Of a stretch of 64,000 nucleotides of DNA, positions 19,595-27,819 are shown in pieces. The stretch is from Clostridia bacterium (GTDB lineage: Bacteria; Bacillota; Clostridia; Christensenellales; CAG-917): positions 1,613 to 65,612 of the forward strand of contig JAQUST010000004.1 of assembly GCA_028710495.1 (NCBI GenBank). The letters are read 5' to 3'. Position 1 is the first letter of the stretch. Every line of letters begins with the position of its first letter. The notes under the pieces were generated by a model that saw only the letters and a list, made by a program, of their open reading frames with translations, was not told where the DNA came from and did not search any database. A program made the position numbers and the translations under genes.

Positions 19595-20482
19595 ATGGCA
19601 AGATTCAAAAACGGACTAAAAAAAACAAAGGACAGTCTCGGTAAGCGACTGTTTTTAGCATTTTCTGCCCGTGCGCTTGATGACAAATTTTATTCGGAGC
19701 TTGAAGAAGCCTTGCTTTCTGCCGATGTTGGTATTGGAGCAACTCAAAATTTAATTGAGCAGCTTAAAGATGAAATATACTCACAAAAAATCAAAGTTCC
19801 AGCTGATGCAAAAGCACTTTTGAAAGATTTGCTTATTCAGTCAATCGATTTTGAATTTTCAGAATATGATTTTCCGCTCGTTATTTTACTTTCAGGTGTC
19901 AATGGAGTTGGAAAAACAACCGCTATCGGCAAGCTTGCAAACAAGTTTAAGAATGAGGGTAAAAGTGTGGTTATTGCTGCCGCTGATACCTTCCGTGCCG
20001 CCGCAAGCGAACAGCTTGAAGTATGGGGAGAGCGAGCAGGTGTGCGAGTAGTGCATCACGGTGAAGGTTCAGACCCTGCTGCTGTCGTGTTCGATGCGAT
20101 ATCTTCGGCAAAGGCAAAAGGAACTGAGGTCGTTCTCATTGATACAGCAGGCAGACTTCACAACAAAAAAAATCTAATGGAAGAATTGAAGAAAATTTGT
20201 CGAGTAGTTGAGCGGGAATTGCCCAATTCGGATTTTAGAAAATACCTTGTTTTGGATGCAACAACGGGACAGAATGCTATTTCTCAAGCGGAAATATTTT
20301 CAGAAGCGATTGAACTTGACGGTATCGTGTTGACCAAACTCGACGGAACTGCAAAAGGCGGTGTGGTTGTTGCGATTGCAGAAGATGCCTTTCTTCCGGT
20401 TTTATATGTTGGAATAGGCGAAAAAATAGATGATTTGATTGACTTTGATGCGACTGAATTTATAAGCGAAATGTTGGATTGA
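19595..20482 (+). CDS. ftsY: Signal recognition particle receptor FtsY (NG domain only)
   Basis: 295 aa. Motifs GVNGVGKTT, DTFRAAA, DTAGRL and TKLDGTAKGG. Confidence 0.95.
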   Translation: MARFKNGLKKTKDSLGKRLFLAFSARALDDKFYSELEEALLSADVGIGATQNLIEQLKDEIYSQKIKVPADAKALLKDLLIQSIDFEFSEYDFPLVILLSGVNGVGKTTAIGKLANKFKNEGKSVVIAAADTFRAAASEQLEVWGERAGVRVVHHGEGSDPAAVVFDAISSAKAKGTEVVLIDTAGRLHNKKNLMEELKKICRVVERELPNSDFRKYLVLDATTGQNAISQAEIFSEAIELDGIVLTKLDGTAKGGVVVAIAEDAFLPVLYVGIGEKIDDLIDFDATEFISEMLD

Positions 20483-20548
20483 TTTTTTTCGCTTTATAAT
20501 AAGGTATAATAAATCTGCTATATTTGTTGTTCATCATATTGACAAAAT

Positions 20549-20760
20549 GCAAACATTGTTACAAAACCTTCTAGATTCAACATTTATACTTAATTATCTA
20601 ACAAATAATAATATATGTTTGAAATTTTCTAGAAAACAAGCAAATTTTCTTACAAAACTTTCAAGAACAATATGTGTCAACTTTCTTAAATTTCAAACGC
20701 AAAAAAAGAAAAATTAGTTATAATTTTATCTGAAATAATAAGCAAATATTGTTACAAAAC
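20549..20760. repeat. Three dispersed copies of a 19-nt motif GCAAA[CT][AT]TT[GC]TTACAAAAC
   Basis: Copies at 20549-20567 (GCAAACATTGTTACAAAAC), 20640-20658 (GCAAATTTTCTTACAAAAC) and 20742-20760 (GCAAATATTGTTACAAAAC). Spacings are 91 and 102 bp. Confidence 0.8.
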
Positions 20761-20846
20761 ATATTTTTGCAAAATCGGTATAGCGTACAAGAAAATCTGC
20801 AAGTTTTGAACTAATGTGTATTAAAATACTAAATTATGAAAATTGC

Positions 20847-20875
20847 TTGACAATAATTTTTGAAAATTATATTAT
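20847..20875 (+). promoter_or_regulatory. Sigma-A promoter for ylxM-ffh
   Basis: TTGACA (20847-20852), 17 nt, TATTAT (20870-20875). Confidence 0.65.
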
Positions 20876-20907
20876 GGTGTAAAGGTAAATGCCTTTACAC
20901 CTTTTTT
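20876..20907 (+). terminator. Canonical intrinsic terminator starting directly after the -10 box
   Basis: GGTGTAAAGG (20876-20885) pairs perfectly with CCTTTACACC (20892-20901) around loop TAAATG, followed by T6 (20902-20907). Confidence 0.8.
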
Positions 20908-20918
20908 ATTGTGAAACT

Positions 20919-21245
20919 ATGGAAAAACATTCAATAAGCTTGCTAAATGATTATTATGGAGTATTGCTCACTAATAAACAACGAGAAATGCTCGAATTGT
21001 TCTATAACGATGATATGTCTTTAGGTGAGCTTGCCGAACAGTTTTCAGTCTCGCGTCAAGCAGTTAGAGATGCAATACAGCGTGGAGAAAAATCACTTTT
21101 TGAATACGAAGAGAAACTGGGACTTGCAAAAAAAAGTTTGCTTCTGCTCAAAACATCTGATGAGCTTTGCGAAAAACTCGATTCGAATGAAATAAAGAGC
21201 GCAAGAATGTGCGCTGAAAAAATCAAGGCTATTTTGGAGGATTAA
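20919..21245 (+). CDS. ylxM: YlxM/UPF0122 putative DNA-binding protein
   Basis: [42 protein letters not shown] aligns with the B. subtilis YlxM N-terminus. It lies immediately upstream of ffh. The track start at 20889 sits in the terminator loop and is rejected. Confidence 0.8.
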   Translation: MEKHSISLLNDYYGVLLTNKQREMLELFYNDDMSLGELAEQFSVSRQAVRDAIQRGEKSLFEYEEKLGLAKKSLLLLKTSDELCEKLDSNEIKSARMCAEKIKAILED

Positions 21246-22565
21246 ATGGGACTTTTTGACAACTTAACCGATAAAATGAACCACATATTCTCAAAGATGA
21301 AAAATCGCGGGAGACTTTCTGAGCTTGAAATAAAGCAGGCGATGAGAGAAATTCGTATTGCTTTACTTGAAGCAGATGTAAATTTTGCAGTTGTCAAATC
21401 ATTTGTTCAAACTGTAAGCGAAAAAGCTCTTCACGAAGATATACTGAAAAGCCTAAGCCCCGACCAACAGGTTATCAAAATTGTCAAAGATGAATTGACT
21501 GAGCTTATGGGCAGCAAGCACACAAAGCTTGCAGTTGACCCTAAACCGCCAACAATTTATATGATGTGTGGATTGCAGGGAGCAGGCAAAACGACAATGT
21601 GCGGAAAGCTTGCTAATATGCTGAGAAAAGAAGGCAAGAAAGTTATGTTGGTTGCTTGTGATATTTACCGACCAGCAGCTATAAAACAGTTACAAATTGT
21701 TGGTGAAAAGGCTAAAGTTACTGTATTTGAAAAAGGACAAATTGCCCCGACAAAAATAGCAAAAGAAGCTTTGCATTTCGCCGATAAAAATGATATTGAC
21801 ACAATCATCATTGACACCGCCGGCAGATTGCATATTGATGAAGAACTCATGAGTGAGTTGATTGATTTGAAAAAACTTGTGAAGCCTGCGGAAATTTTGT
21901 TGGTTGTTGACGCTATGACAGGGCAGGACGCAGTTACTGTTGCCGATGCTTTCAATCATCAACTTGATTTGACGGGTGTCATTCTCACAAAGCTTGACGG
22001 AGATACTCGCGGAGGTGCTGCGCTTTCAATCAAGGCAGTCACGGGTAAGCCGATAAAGTTTAGTGGAACAGGCGAAAAAATGGAAGACATTGAGCCGTTT
22101 CATCCAGACCGTATGGCTACAAGAATTTTGGGAATGGGAGATGTGCTTTCATTGATTGAAAAAGCAGAAAACGCTTTTTCGCAAGAGGATGCCCTTGATT
22201 TGCAAAAGAAAATCAAAGAAAAGAGCTTCACCTTGAATGACTATTTGAAACAACTTGAGAGCATAAAAAAAATGGGCAATCTGGGCAGTATGATGCAGAT
22301 GATTCCTGGACTTGCTGGCAAAATGAAAGGTGCTGATGCGGAAATTGATGAGAACAAGATTGCAAAAACAAAAGCGATAATACTTTCAATGACGCCAAAA
22401 GAGCGCAAAAAGCCCGAAATACTCAAAGCAAGTCACCGCAAAAGAATTGCTGCGGGAAGCGGCGCGACCATTCAAGAAGTCAATCAGCTTCTAAAGCAGT
22501 TTGATATGACAAAGCAAATGATGAATAGAATGGCTAGCGGAAAAAAGATGCCGTTTTCAATGTAG
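21246..22565 (+). CDS. ffh: Signal recognition particle protein Ffh
   Basis: 439 aa. Motifs GLQGAGKTT, DIYRPAA, DTAGRL and TKLDGDTRGG, plus a Met-rich M domain. Confidence 0.96.
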   Translation: MGLFDNLTDKMNHIFSKMKNRGRLSELEIKQAMREIRIALLEADVNFAVVKSFVQTVSEKALHEDILKSLSPDQQVIKIVKDELTELMGSKHTKLAVDPKPPTIYMMCGLQGAGKTTMCGKLANMLRKEGKKVMLVACDIYRPAAIKQLQIVGEKAKVTVFEKGQIAPTKIAKEALHFADKNDIDTIIIDTAGRLHIDEELMSELIDLKKLVKPAEILLVVDAMTGQDAVTVADAFNHQLDLTGVILTKLDGDTRGGAALSIKAVTGKPIKFSGTGEKMEDIEPFHPDRMATRILGMGDVLSLIEKAENAFSQEDALDLQKKIKEKSFTLNDYLKQLESIKKMGNLGSMMQMIPGLAGKMKGADAEIDENKIAKTKAIILSMTPKERKKPEILKASHRKRIAAGSGATIQEVNQLLKQFDMTKQMMNRMASGKKMPFSM

Positions 22566-22601
22566 TTATTTGAATTGTATGAAAATTTTGGTTGAAATTT
22601 T

Positions 22602-22640
22602 GATAGCAAAACAAGATAGCAAAACAAGATAGCAAAACAA
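22602..22640. repeat. Perfect 3 x 13-bp tandem repeat GATAGCAAAACAA
   Basis: Units at 22602-22614, 22615-22627 and 22628-22640 are identical. Confidence 0.95.
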
Positions 22641-22791
22641 GCTTGCTTTTGAAAGCGAATGTTGATGCAATCAAAATAACAACTATCAACTAGAAAATGG
22701 CAACCATCACAAAACACACGCTATATACTGAAATATTTACAACAGAAAAAAATAAATTTATATAAACTAACAAAAGTTTCGGAGGTACAAA

Positions 22792-23031
22792 ATGGTTAAA
22801 CTCAGACTTACAAGAATTGGTGCAAAAAAAGCTCCATTCTATCGTATCGTTGCTACGGATTCAAGAAAGGCAAGAAATGGTCAATACATTGAACAAATCG
22901 GCTATTATGATCCAACCCAAAATCCATCACTTGTCAATATTGATGTTGACAAAGCAAAAGATTGGCTTACAAAGGGTGCACAACCAACTGATACAGTAAG
23001 AGCCCTGTTCAAAAAGCACGGCGTACTGTGA
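22792..23031 (+). CDS. rpsP: 30S ribosomal protein S16
   Basis: [21 protein letters not shown]... GGAGG SD. Confidence 0.96.
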   Translation: MVKLRLTRIGAKKAPFYRIVATDSRKARNGQYIEQIGYYDPTQNPSLVNIDVDKAKDWLTKGAQPTDTVRALFKKHGVL

Positions 23032-23039
23032 GGCTGTCT

Positions 23040-23276
23040 ATGAGTGAATTCGTAGATTACCTTGTAGGTAAGCTTGTCGGAGAGGATGGAGATTTTGTTA
23101 TCGAAACCCGCGAAGGCTCAAGCACGACCGAAATAGTCGTTGAAGTGGCAAAGAAAGACATTGGCAAAGTCATCGGGAAGCAGGGCAGAATTGCCAAAGC
23201 TATCCGTACACTTGTTAAATCTGCTACGCCAAGAAACGGTATGCGCTATAATATTGTTATCGCCGAGAAAGAATAA
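23040..23276 (+). CDS. KH-domain RNA-binding protein (YlqC family)
   Basis: GKVIGKQGRIAKAIRTLV KH motif. Conserved position between rpsP and rimM. GAGG lies 6 nt upstream of the ATG at 23040. Confidence 0.8.
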   Translation: MSEFVDYLVGKLVGEDGDFVIETREGSSTTEIVVEVAKKDIGKVIGKQGRIAKAIRTLVKSATPRNGMRYNIVIAEKE

Positions 23277-23798
23277 GTGAAAGAACAATTTTTTTGTATC
23301 GGGCAAATTGTCCGCCCAAGAGGATTAAAAGGCACTTGCAAAGTTCAACTCCTTACAGATATTTTTGCTCATTTTCAAGAGTTGGATTATGTTTTTTTAG
23401 ATAAAAAAGAACAAGTCGCAATTGAAAGCTCTCAATTTGAGAGCAATTTTGCGTATTTCAAGTTCGAAGGCATCGATGACATAGACGCAGCTGAAAAGCT
23501 TCGTGGCAAAAAGGTTTACATTCCGCATGACTCTATCAAAATACCTGAAGGCAGATACTTCATCTCGGATTTAATTGATGTTGATGTATTTGTCGGCTCA
23601 AGGTTGCTTGGCACTCTTGTGGATGTTTTGCAATACGGCAGCGCTGACGTTTATATAGTAAAAACTGAAAACAAAGGGAATGTTTCTTTTCCTGCGTTGA
23701 AAAAACTGATTATGAATATTGATATCAATGCAAACAAAATGTTGCTTGATGAAAAAGTTTTTGTTGAAGTTGCAGTCTATCCTGACAATTTGAAATAA
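23277..23798 (+). CDS. rimM: 16S rRNA processing protein RimM
   Basis: 173 aa. GxIVRPRGLKG N-terminus and a PRC-barrel C-terminus. GTG start abuts the stop of the KH gene. Confidence 0.85.
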   Translation: MKEQFFCIGQIVRPRGLKGTCKVQLLTDIFAHFQELDYVFLDKKEQVAIESSQFESNFAYFKFEGIDDIDAAEKLRGKKVYIPHDSIKIPEGRYFISDLIDVDVFVGSRLLGTLVDVLQYGSADVYIVKTENKGNVSFPALKKLIMNIDINANKMLLDEKVFVEVAVYPDNLK

Positions 23799-23968
23799 TT
23801 TTTTTATGTTGTCATTGCGAATTTATCATTTGGAAATAATCAATTTACGACAATAATACTTTGCGTTTTTTTGAAATGCGGGAATTTAAGGCAATAATGC
23901 TATGAGTATATTGAAATTCAGATTATAGCAATATTGCTTTGCGTGCTATCGATATTCGGAAATTGTAG

Positions 23969-24676
23969 GTGAATATGCGTTTTAGTGTTTTGACAGTTTA
24001 TCCTGAGTTGTTTAACATCCTTGACTATAGTATTGTAGGCAAGGCTTTGCAGAACAAAAAATTTGAAGTGCAAATTGTCAACATTCGTGATTTTTCAAAA
24101 GATAAACATTCAAAAACAGATGATGCGCCATTCGGCGGTGGGGCAGGAATGGTAATGACTCCGCAACCGATTGTTTCTGCAATCCGTGCTGTTGATGGCG
24201 AGCGAAAAGCGAAACGAGTTTATCTTTCGCCAAAAGGTAAAACCCTGAATCAAGATTTAGTTTGCGAACTTGCCAAAGCCGAGGAGCTTTTGCTTTTGTG
24301 TGGAAGCTTTGAAGGCGTGGATCAGCGTGCGCTTGACCTCGAGATAGATGAGGAAATTTCCATAGGAGATTATGTATTAACCAGTGGAGAACTTCCTGCT
24401 CTTGTTCTCATCAACGCAGTTTCAAGATATATTGATGGCGTTTTGGGTTCGGAACACTCAACAGATGAAGAAAGTTTTTCCGACGGTCTTTTGGAATACC
24501 CGCACTACACTCGTCCCGCAAGCTTTGAGAGTGTTGAAGTCCCGCCAGTGTTACTAAGCGGAAACCACGCTGAAATTGCGACGTGGCGAAAAGAACAAAG
24601 CTTGAAAATAACTCGTGAACGCAGACCAGACTTGCTCGAAAATCAAAAAAATAATAAAAGTAATAAAGCAAAGTAA
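23969..24676 (+). CDS. trmD: tRNA (guanine37-N1)-methyltransferase TrmD
   Basis: FSVLTVYPELF, PFGGGAGMVM and GSFEGVDQR motifs. The start is either GTG 23969 or ATG 23975. The stop TAA at 24674-24676 lies in the second copy of a 13-nt duplication. Confidence 0.93.
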   Translation: MNMRFSVLTVYPELFNILDYSIVGKALQNKKFEVQIVNIRDFSKDKHSKTDDAPFGGGAGMVMTPQPIVSAIRAVDGERKAKRVYLSPKGKTLNQDLVCELAKAEELLLLCGSFEGVDQRALDLEIDEEISIGDYVLTSGELPALVLINAVSRYIDGVLGSEHSTDEESFSDGLLEYPHYTRPASFESVEVPPVLLSGNHAEIATWRKEQSLKITRERRPDLLENQKNNKSNKAK

Positions 24677-24687
24677 TAAAGCAAAGC
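24657..24687. repeat. 13-nt tandem duplication AAAGTAATAAAGC (2 full units plus partial AAAGC)
   Basis: Units at 24657-24669 and 24670-24682 are identical. AAAGC follows at 24683-24687. Confidence 0.9.
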
Positions 24688-24898
24688 TTCAAAATAAAGT
24701 AACAAACAGAATTTATTATCTGAAAATCGGTTTTATAAAATTATTAAATAATTATTTTCCTTTGAAAACAGAAACTGTTTGTTTGATTTGCAAGCTTAAG
24801 CTATTCAATAATGATGAAAAATTGAAGATTTATTTGATATCAAATTTGGTTTTTTAAAAAATCGTGATTATGTGATAAATGATTGAGAGGCATAAAAA

Positions 24899-25759
24899 AT
24901 GAATATTCAATGGTTTCCAGGTCATATGACCAAAGCAGTTCGAATGATGGAGGAAAATGTTGCGCTTTGCAATGTTCTCATCTATGTTATTGATGCTCGC
25001 GCAGTTGCATCCTGCAAAAACCCTGTGTTTGATAGACTTTTGAACAATAAACGAGTTATTTATGTTTTCAATAAATGCGATTTGGTGGAGAAATCTGACC
25101 TTGATAAGTGGTGCAAGTCGTTTGAAGCAGAAGGCAAAACATATGTTCGCGCAGTTGGAACAAGCGGTGAGTGCTCACAAATTGTTTCCGCAATCAAAGC
25201 AATAATGAGTGATGTGATTGACCGTTACAAGGCAAAAGGCGCGAATAAAAATATTAGAGCAATGGTTATAGGCGTTCCAAATAGTGGAAAATCTACGCTT
25301 ATCAACTCAATGCGGAAAAAAGCTTCAGCAATAACAGGCGACCGCCCAGGAGTAACAAGAGGCAAGCAATGGCTTGCACTTGATTCACATATTGATTTAT
25401 TGGACACGCCCGGAACTCTTTGGGGAAAATTTGAAAATCAAACTATTGCGAAACACCTTGCGTTCATTGGAAGTATTCGTGATGACATTTTAGACATTGC
25501 TGATTTGGCGTTTGAGTTTGTTGCAGAAATTTTGAAAACATATCCTGACAACTTGATTGAGCGATATTCACTCGAAAGTCTTGTCGAATCTCCGCTAGAG
25601 GTTCTTGACCAAATTGCTAAAGCAAGAGGCTTTAAGTTGCGTGGTAATGAAGTCGATTATGATAGGACTGCAAAAGCTATTATTGATGATTTCAGAAAAG
25701 GAAGACTTGGCAAAATCATGCTTGAAAAATATGAAAGAATGATTTTGCAAAACATATAG
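24899..25759 (+). CDS. rbgA: Ribosome biogenesis GTPase A (YlqF)
   Basis: MNIQWFPGHMTKA N-terminus, circularly permuted GTPase motifs NKCDL ... GVPNSGKST ... DTPG. Confidence 0.92.
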   Translation: MNIQWFPGHMTKAVRMMEENVALCNVLIYVIDARAVASCKNPVFDRLLNNKRVIYVFNKCDLVEKSDLDKWCKSFEAEGKTYVRAVGTSGECSQIVSAIKAIMSDVIDRYKAKGANKNIRAMVIGVPNSGKSTLINSMRKKASAITGDRPGVTRGKQWLALDSHIDLLDTPGTLWGKFENQTIAKHLAFIGSIRDDILDIADLAFEFVAEILKTYPDNLIERYSLESLVESPLEVLDQIAKARGFKLRGNEVDYDRTAKAIIDDFRKGRLGKIMLEKYERMILQNI

Positions 25760-25932
25760 CAAAGCATTTCTAATTTATTTACTTGAACTATATGTTGTAT
25801 TTGTATATCTCATATATTTAACATTTTTAAATTGAATTATATATTAAAATTTTATAACACATTTATTTATTATTTTGAATTATGCGAAAACTAGTTTGCT
25901 ATAATAGATATAAAATATAGAAGGCAAAAATA

Positions 25933-26550
25933 GTGGAAAAAACATTGGAAAAACCAGATTTGTTGTTCTTTGAGCGTCAACTTCTTGCTAAAGGATATAG
26001 ATATATTTGCGGTGTTGACGAGGTAGGTAGAGGTCCTCTTGCAGGACCTGTGACTTGTTCGGCTATTATAATGGATTTAGAGCATATTATCGAAGGTGTC
26101 AACGATAGCAAAAAAGTTTCTGAAATAAAAAGAAAAAAGTTGTTTCCGCTCATTTTGGAAAATGCGATATCAATTTGTACTATGTCATTTGATAACCACA
26201 AAATTGATGAAGTCAATATTTTGAATGCAACAAAAGCTTGTATGGTTGAAGCAATTTTGGGTTTAGAAACAAAGCCAGATATAGTGTTGGTTGATGCCCT
26301 CAAACTTGATTTGCCATATCCTACTAAAGCGATTATTCATGGCGATGCCCTATCTTATACTATAGGAGCAGCCAGCATTGTCGCAAAGGTATCTAGAGAT
26401 GAGTTTATGTGTGAACTTGCCAAAGTTTACCCTCAATACGGTTTTGAAAAGAACAAAGGATACGGAACAGCAGTACATATCGAAGCAATCAAAAAGTTTG
26501 GGGCAACTCCATATCATCGTGAAAGCTTTATCAAAAATTTCGTTTCTTAA
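25933..26550 (+). CDS. rnhB: Ribonuclease HII
   Basis: GVDEVGRGPLAGPV catalytic motif and DSKK. GTG start with GAAGG upstream. Confidence 0.9.
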   Translation: MEKTLEKPDLLFFERQLLAKGYRYICGVDEVGRGPLAGPVTCSAIIMDLEHIIEGVNDSKKVSEIKRKKLFPLILENAISICTMSFDNHKIDEVNILNATKACMVEAILGLETKPDIVLVDALKLDLPYPTKAIIHGDALSYTIGAASIVAKVSRDEFMCELAKVYPQYGFEKNKGYGTAVHIEAIKKFGATPYHRESFIKNFVS

Positions 26551-26617
26551 TTCGTTTTTAGCTTTTGTTTTTTTGTTGAATACTAATCTCAAATTTTTTG
26601 AATTTAGGGTGGGGGAT

Positions 26618-27085
26618 ATGAATACAAAAATTGTCGGCGATTATGGCGAAGAAATTGCAAAAAATTACTTGATTGAGAAAGGCTATAAGATTTTGGAACA
26701 AAATTTTGTTGCCTGTGGTTGCGAAGTTGACATTATTTGTGAAACTGTGCAAAAGGCAATGTCAGCTGTTTGCTGCAACAATCCTAAGAAAATCAGCAGA
26801 ATAAAATCAATTTTTCTTTCAAAAAATTCTTTAGAAAAAACGAAGCGCGACTTGTTGAAGAATGAATCGGAGACAGTTATTGTGTTTGTTGAGGTAAAGA
26901 CGCGTGCCAACACGCAGTTCGGAAGACCTCTTGAAGCGGTGACAAGAGTAAAACAGCTTCGCTATATAAAAGCTGCAAAATCTTATTTGGTGAGAAACCG
27001 CTTATCAAACATTGATGTAAGATTTGATGTCATTGAAGTGCTCGACAGCCAAGTAAACCATATAATAAGCGCATATGAATGCTGA
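26618..27085 (+). CDS. yraN: YraN/UPF0102 endonuclease-like protein with an internal insertion
   Basis: GEEIAKNYLIEKGYKILEQNF ... VFVEVKTR ... FGRPLEAV ... RFDVIEV is the YraN pattern. GGGGGA SD. The track start at 26378 overlaps rnhB and is rejected. Confidence 0.75.
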   Translation: MNTKIVGDYGEEIAKNYLIEKGYKILEQNFVACGCEVDIICETVQKAMSAVCCNNPKKISRIKSIFLSKNSLEKTKRDLLKNESETVIVFVEVKTRANTQFGRPLEAVTRVKQLRYIKAAKSYLVRNRLSNIDVRFDVIEVLDSQVNHIISAYEC

Positions 27086-27264
27086 TACTTTTTTACTATT
27101 TAGAAATAGAAAATAAATAACAGTTTGAAACATTAGATAGATAAAATATCAAATAATATATACGCTAAAATATGTAGATAAATTTATAAATTTTAATTGC
27201 AAACAAAAAATGGCAAAAAAATGCTTAAATAACATCAAAATTGATATTTTAAGCTTAAAAATAG

Positions 27265-27293
27265 TTGATATAAGTTCAATAATATGATAATAT
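27265..27293 (+). promoter_or_regulatory. Extended -10 sigma-A promoter for rplS
   Basis: TTGATA (27265-27270), 17 nt, TAATAT (27288-27293), with TG at 27285-27286. Confidence 0.6.
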
Positions 27294-27299
27294 ATCAAA

Positions 27300-27364
27300 A
27301 TGACTTGGACATTCCTCTCCGGGCAGAGAGCACTGACGAATGTCTTATTACAGGAGGTAGTCAC
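27300..27364 (+). promoter_or_regulatory. Structured rplS 5' leader (candidate L19 autoregulatory leader)
   Basis: Nested hairpin. Outer stem GACATTC (27308-27314) pairs with GAATGTC (27338-27344). Inner stem CTCTC (27315-27319) pairs with GAGAG (27326-27330). SD AGGAGG at 27352-27357. Confidence 0.45.
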
Positions 27365-27712
27365 ATGAGTAACATTATTGACACAATTGAAAAAGAGGGT
27401 ATGAGAGAAGATATTGCCCCATTTAACATCGGCGACACCGTCAAGGTTTTCGTTAAAATTGTTGAAGGAACACGCGAAAGACTTCAAAACTTTGAAGGCA
27501 TCGTTATTTCACGCAAAAATGGTGGTATTCGCGAAACGTTCACAGTTCGTCGTATGTCATTCGGTATTGGCGTTGAGAGAACATTCCCAATCCATTCCCC
27601 GAAGATTGACCACATCGAAATTGTTCGCCAAGGTGATGTGAGACGTGCAAAACTTTACTATTTGAGAGAAAGAACTGGTAAAGCGGCAAAGGTCAAAGAA
27701 CTTAAGAAGTAA
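27365..27712 (+). CDS. rplS: 50S ribosomal protein L19
   Basis: [28 protein letters not shown]...; strong AGGAGG SD. The track start at 27284 is rejected. Confidence 0.95.
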   Translation: MSNIIDTIEKEGMREDIAPFNIGDTVKVFVKIVEGTRERLQNFEGIVISRKNGGIRETFTVRRMSFGIGVERTFPIHSPKIDHIEIVRQGDVRRAKLYYLRERTGKAAKVKELKK

Positions 27713-27729
27713 TTTGCCGGATGCTATTT

Positions 27730-27760
27730 TAGACAAAATCTGTTTGTCTAAATAATTATT
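27730..27760 (+). terminator. Possible terminator after rplS
   Basis: TAGACAAA (27730-27737) pairs with TTTGTCTA (27743-27750) around loop ATCTG. The downstream tract is only A/T-rich (AATAATTATTT), not a clean T-run. Confidence 0.45.
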
Positions 27761-27819
27761 TATTATAAATTCAGTTTTTATATTTATATTAATACCAAAT
27801 TTAAGATAAGGAAGAAACT

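Noticed and set aside
20625-20636. The palindrome TTTTCTAGAAAA, considered as a CodY box (AATTTTCWGAAAATT).
   Set aside because: Alignment to the 15-nt consensus needs an inserted base and leaves about 4 mismatches. It is noted only as a palindrome.
20547-20717. A 56-codon ORF (MQTLLQNLLDSTFILNYLTNNNICLKFSRKQANFLTKLSRTICVNFLKFQTQKKKN) in the ftsY-ylxM spacer, below the track cutoff.
   Set aside because: There is no SD or plausible promoter in front. The 19-nt repeats it spans fall in different reading frames. The composition is what random AT-rich DNA would give. It is treated as non-coding.
20549-20760. A possible CRISPR-like array (three spaced repeats).
   Set aside because: There are only three copies, they are degenerate and AT-rich, and the spacing (91 and 102 bp) is too long and irregular. 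No cas genes or leader are present.
26378-26617. The upstream extension of the yraN ORF that overlaps rnhB by about 170 nt, and analogous track extensions for rplS, rpmF, plsX, ackA, rho, rlmN and ylxM.
   Set aside because: In each case an internal ATG with a strong SD matches the conserved N-terminus of the family. The extensions run through the upstream genes or through terminators.
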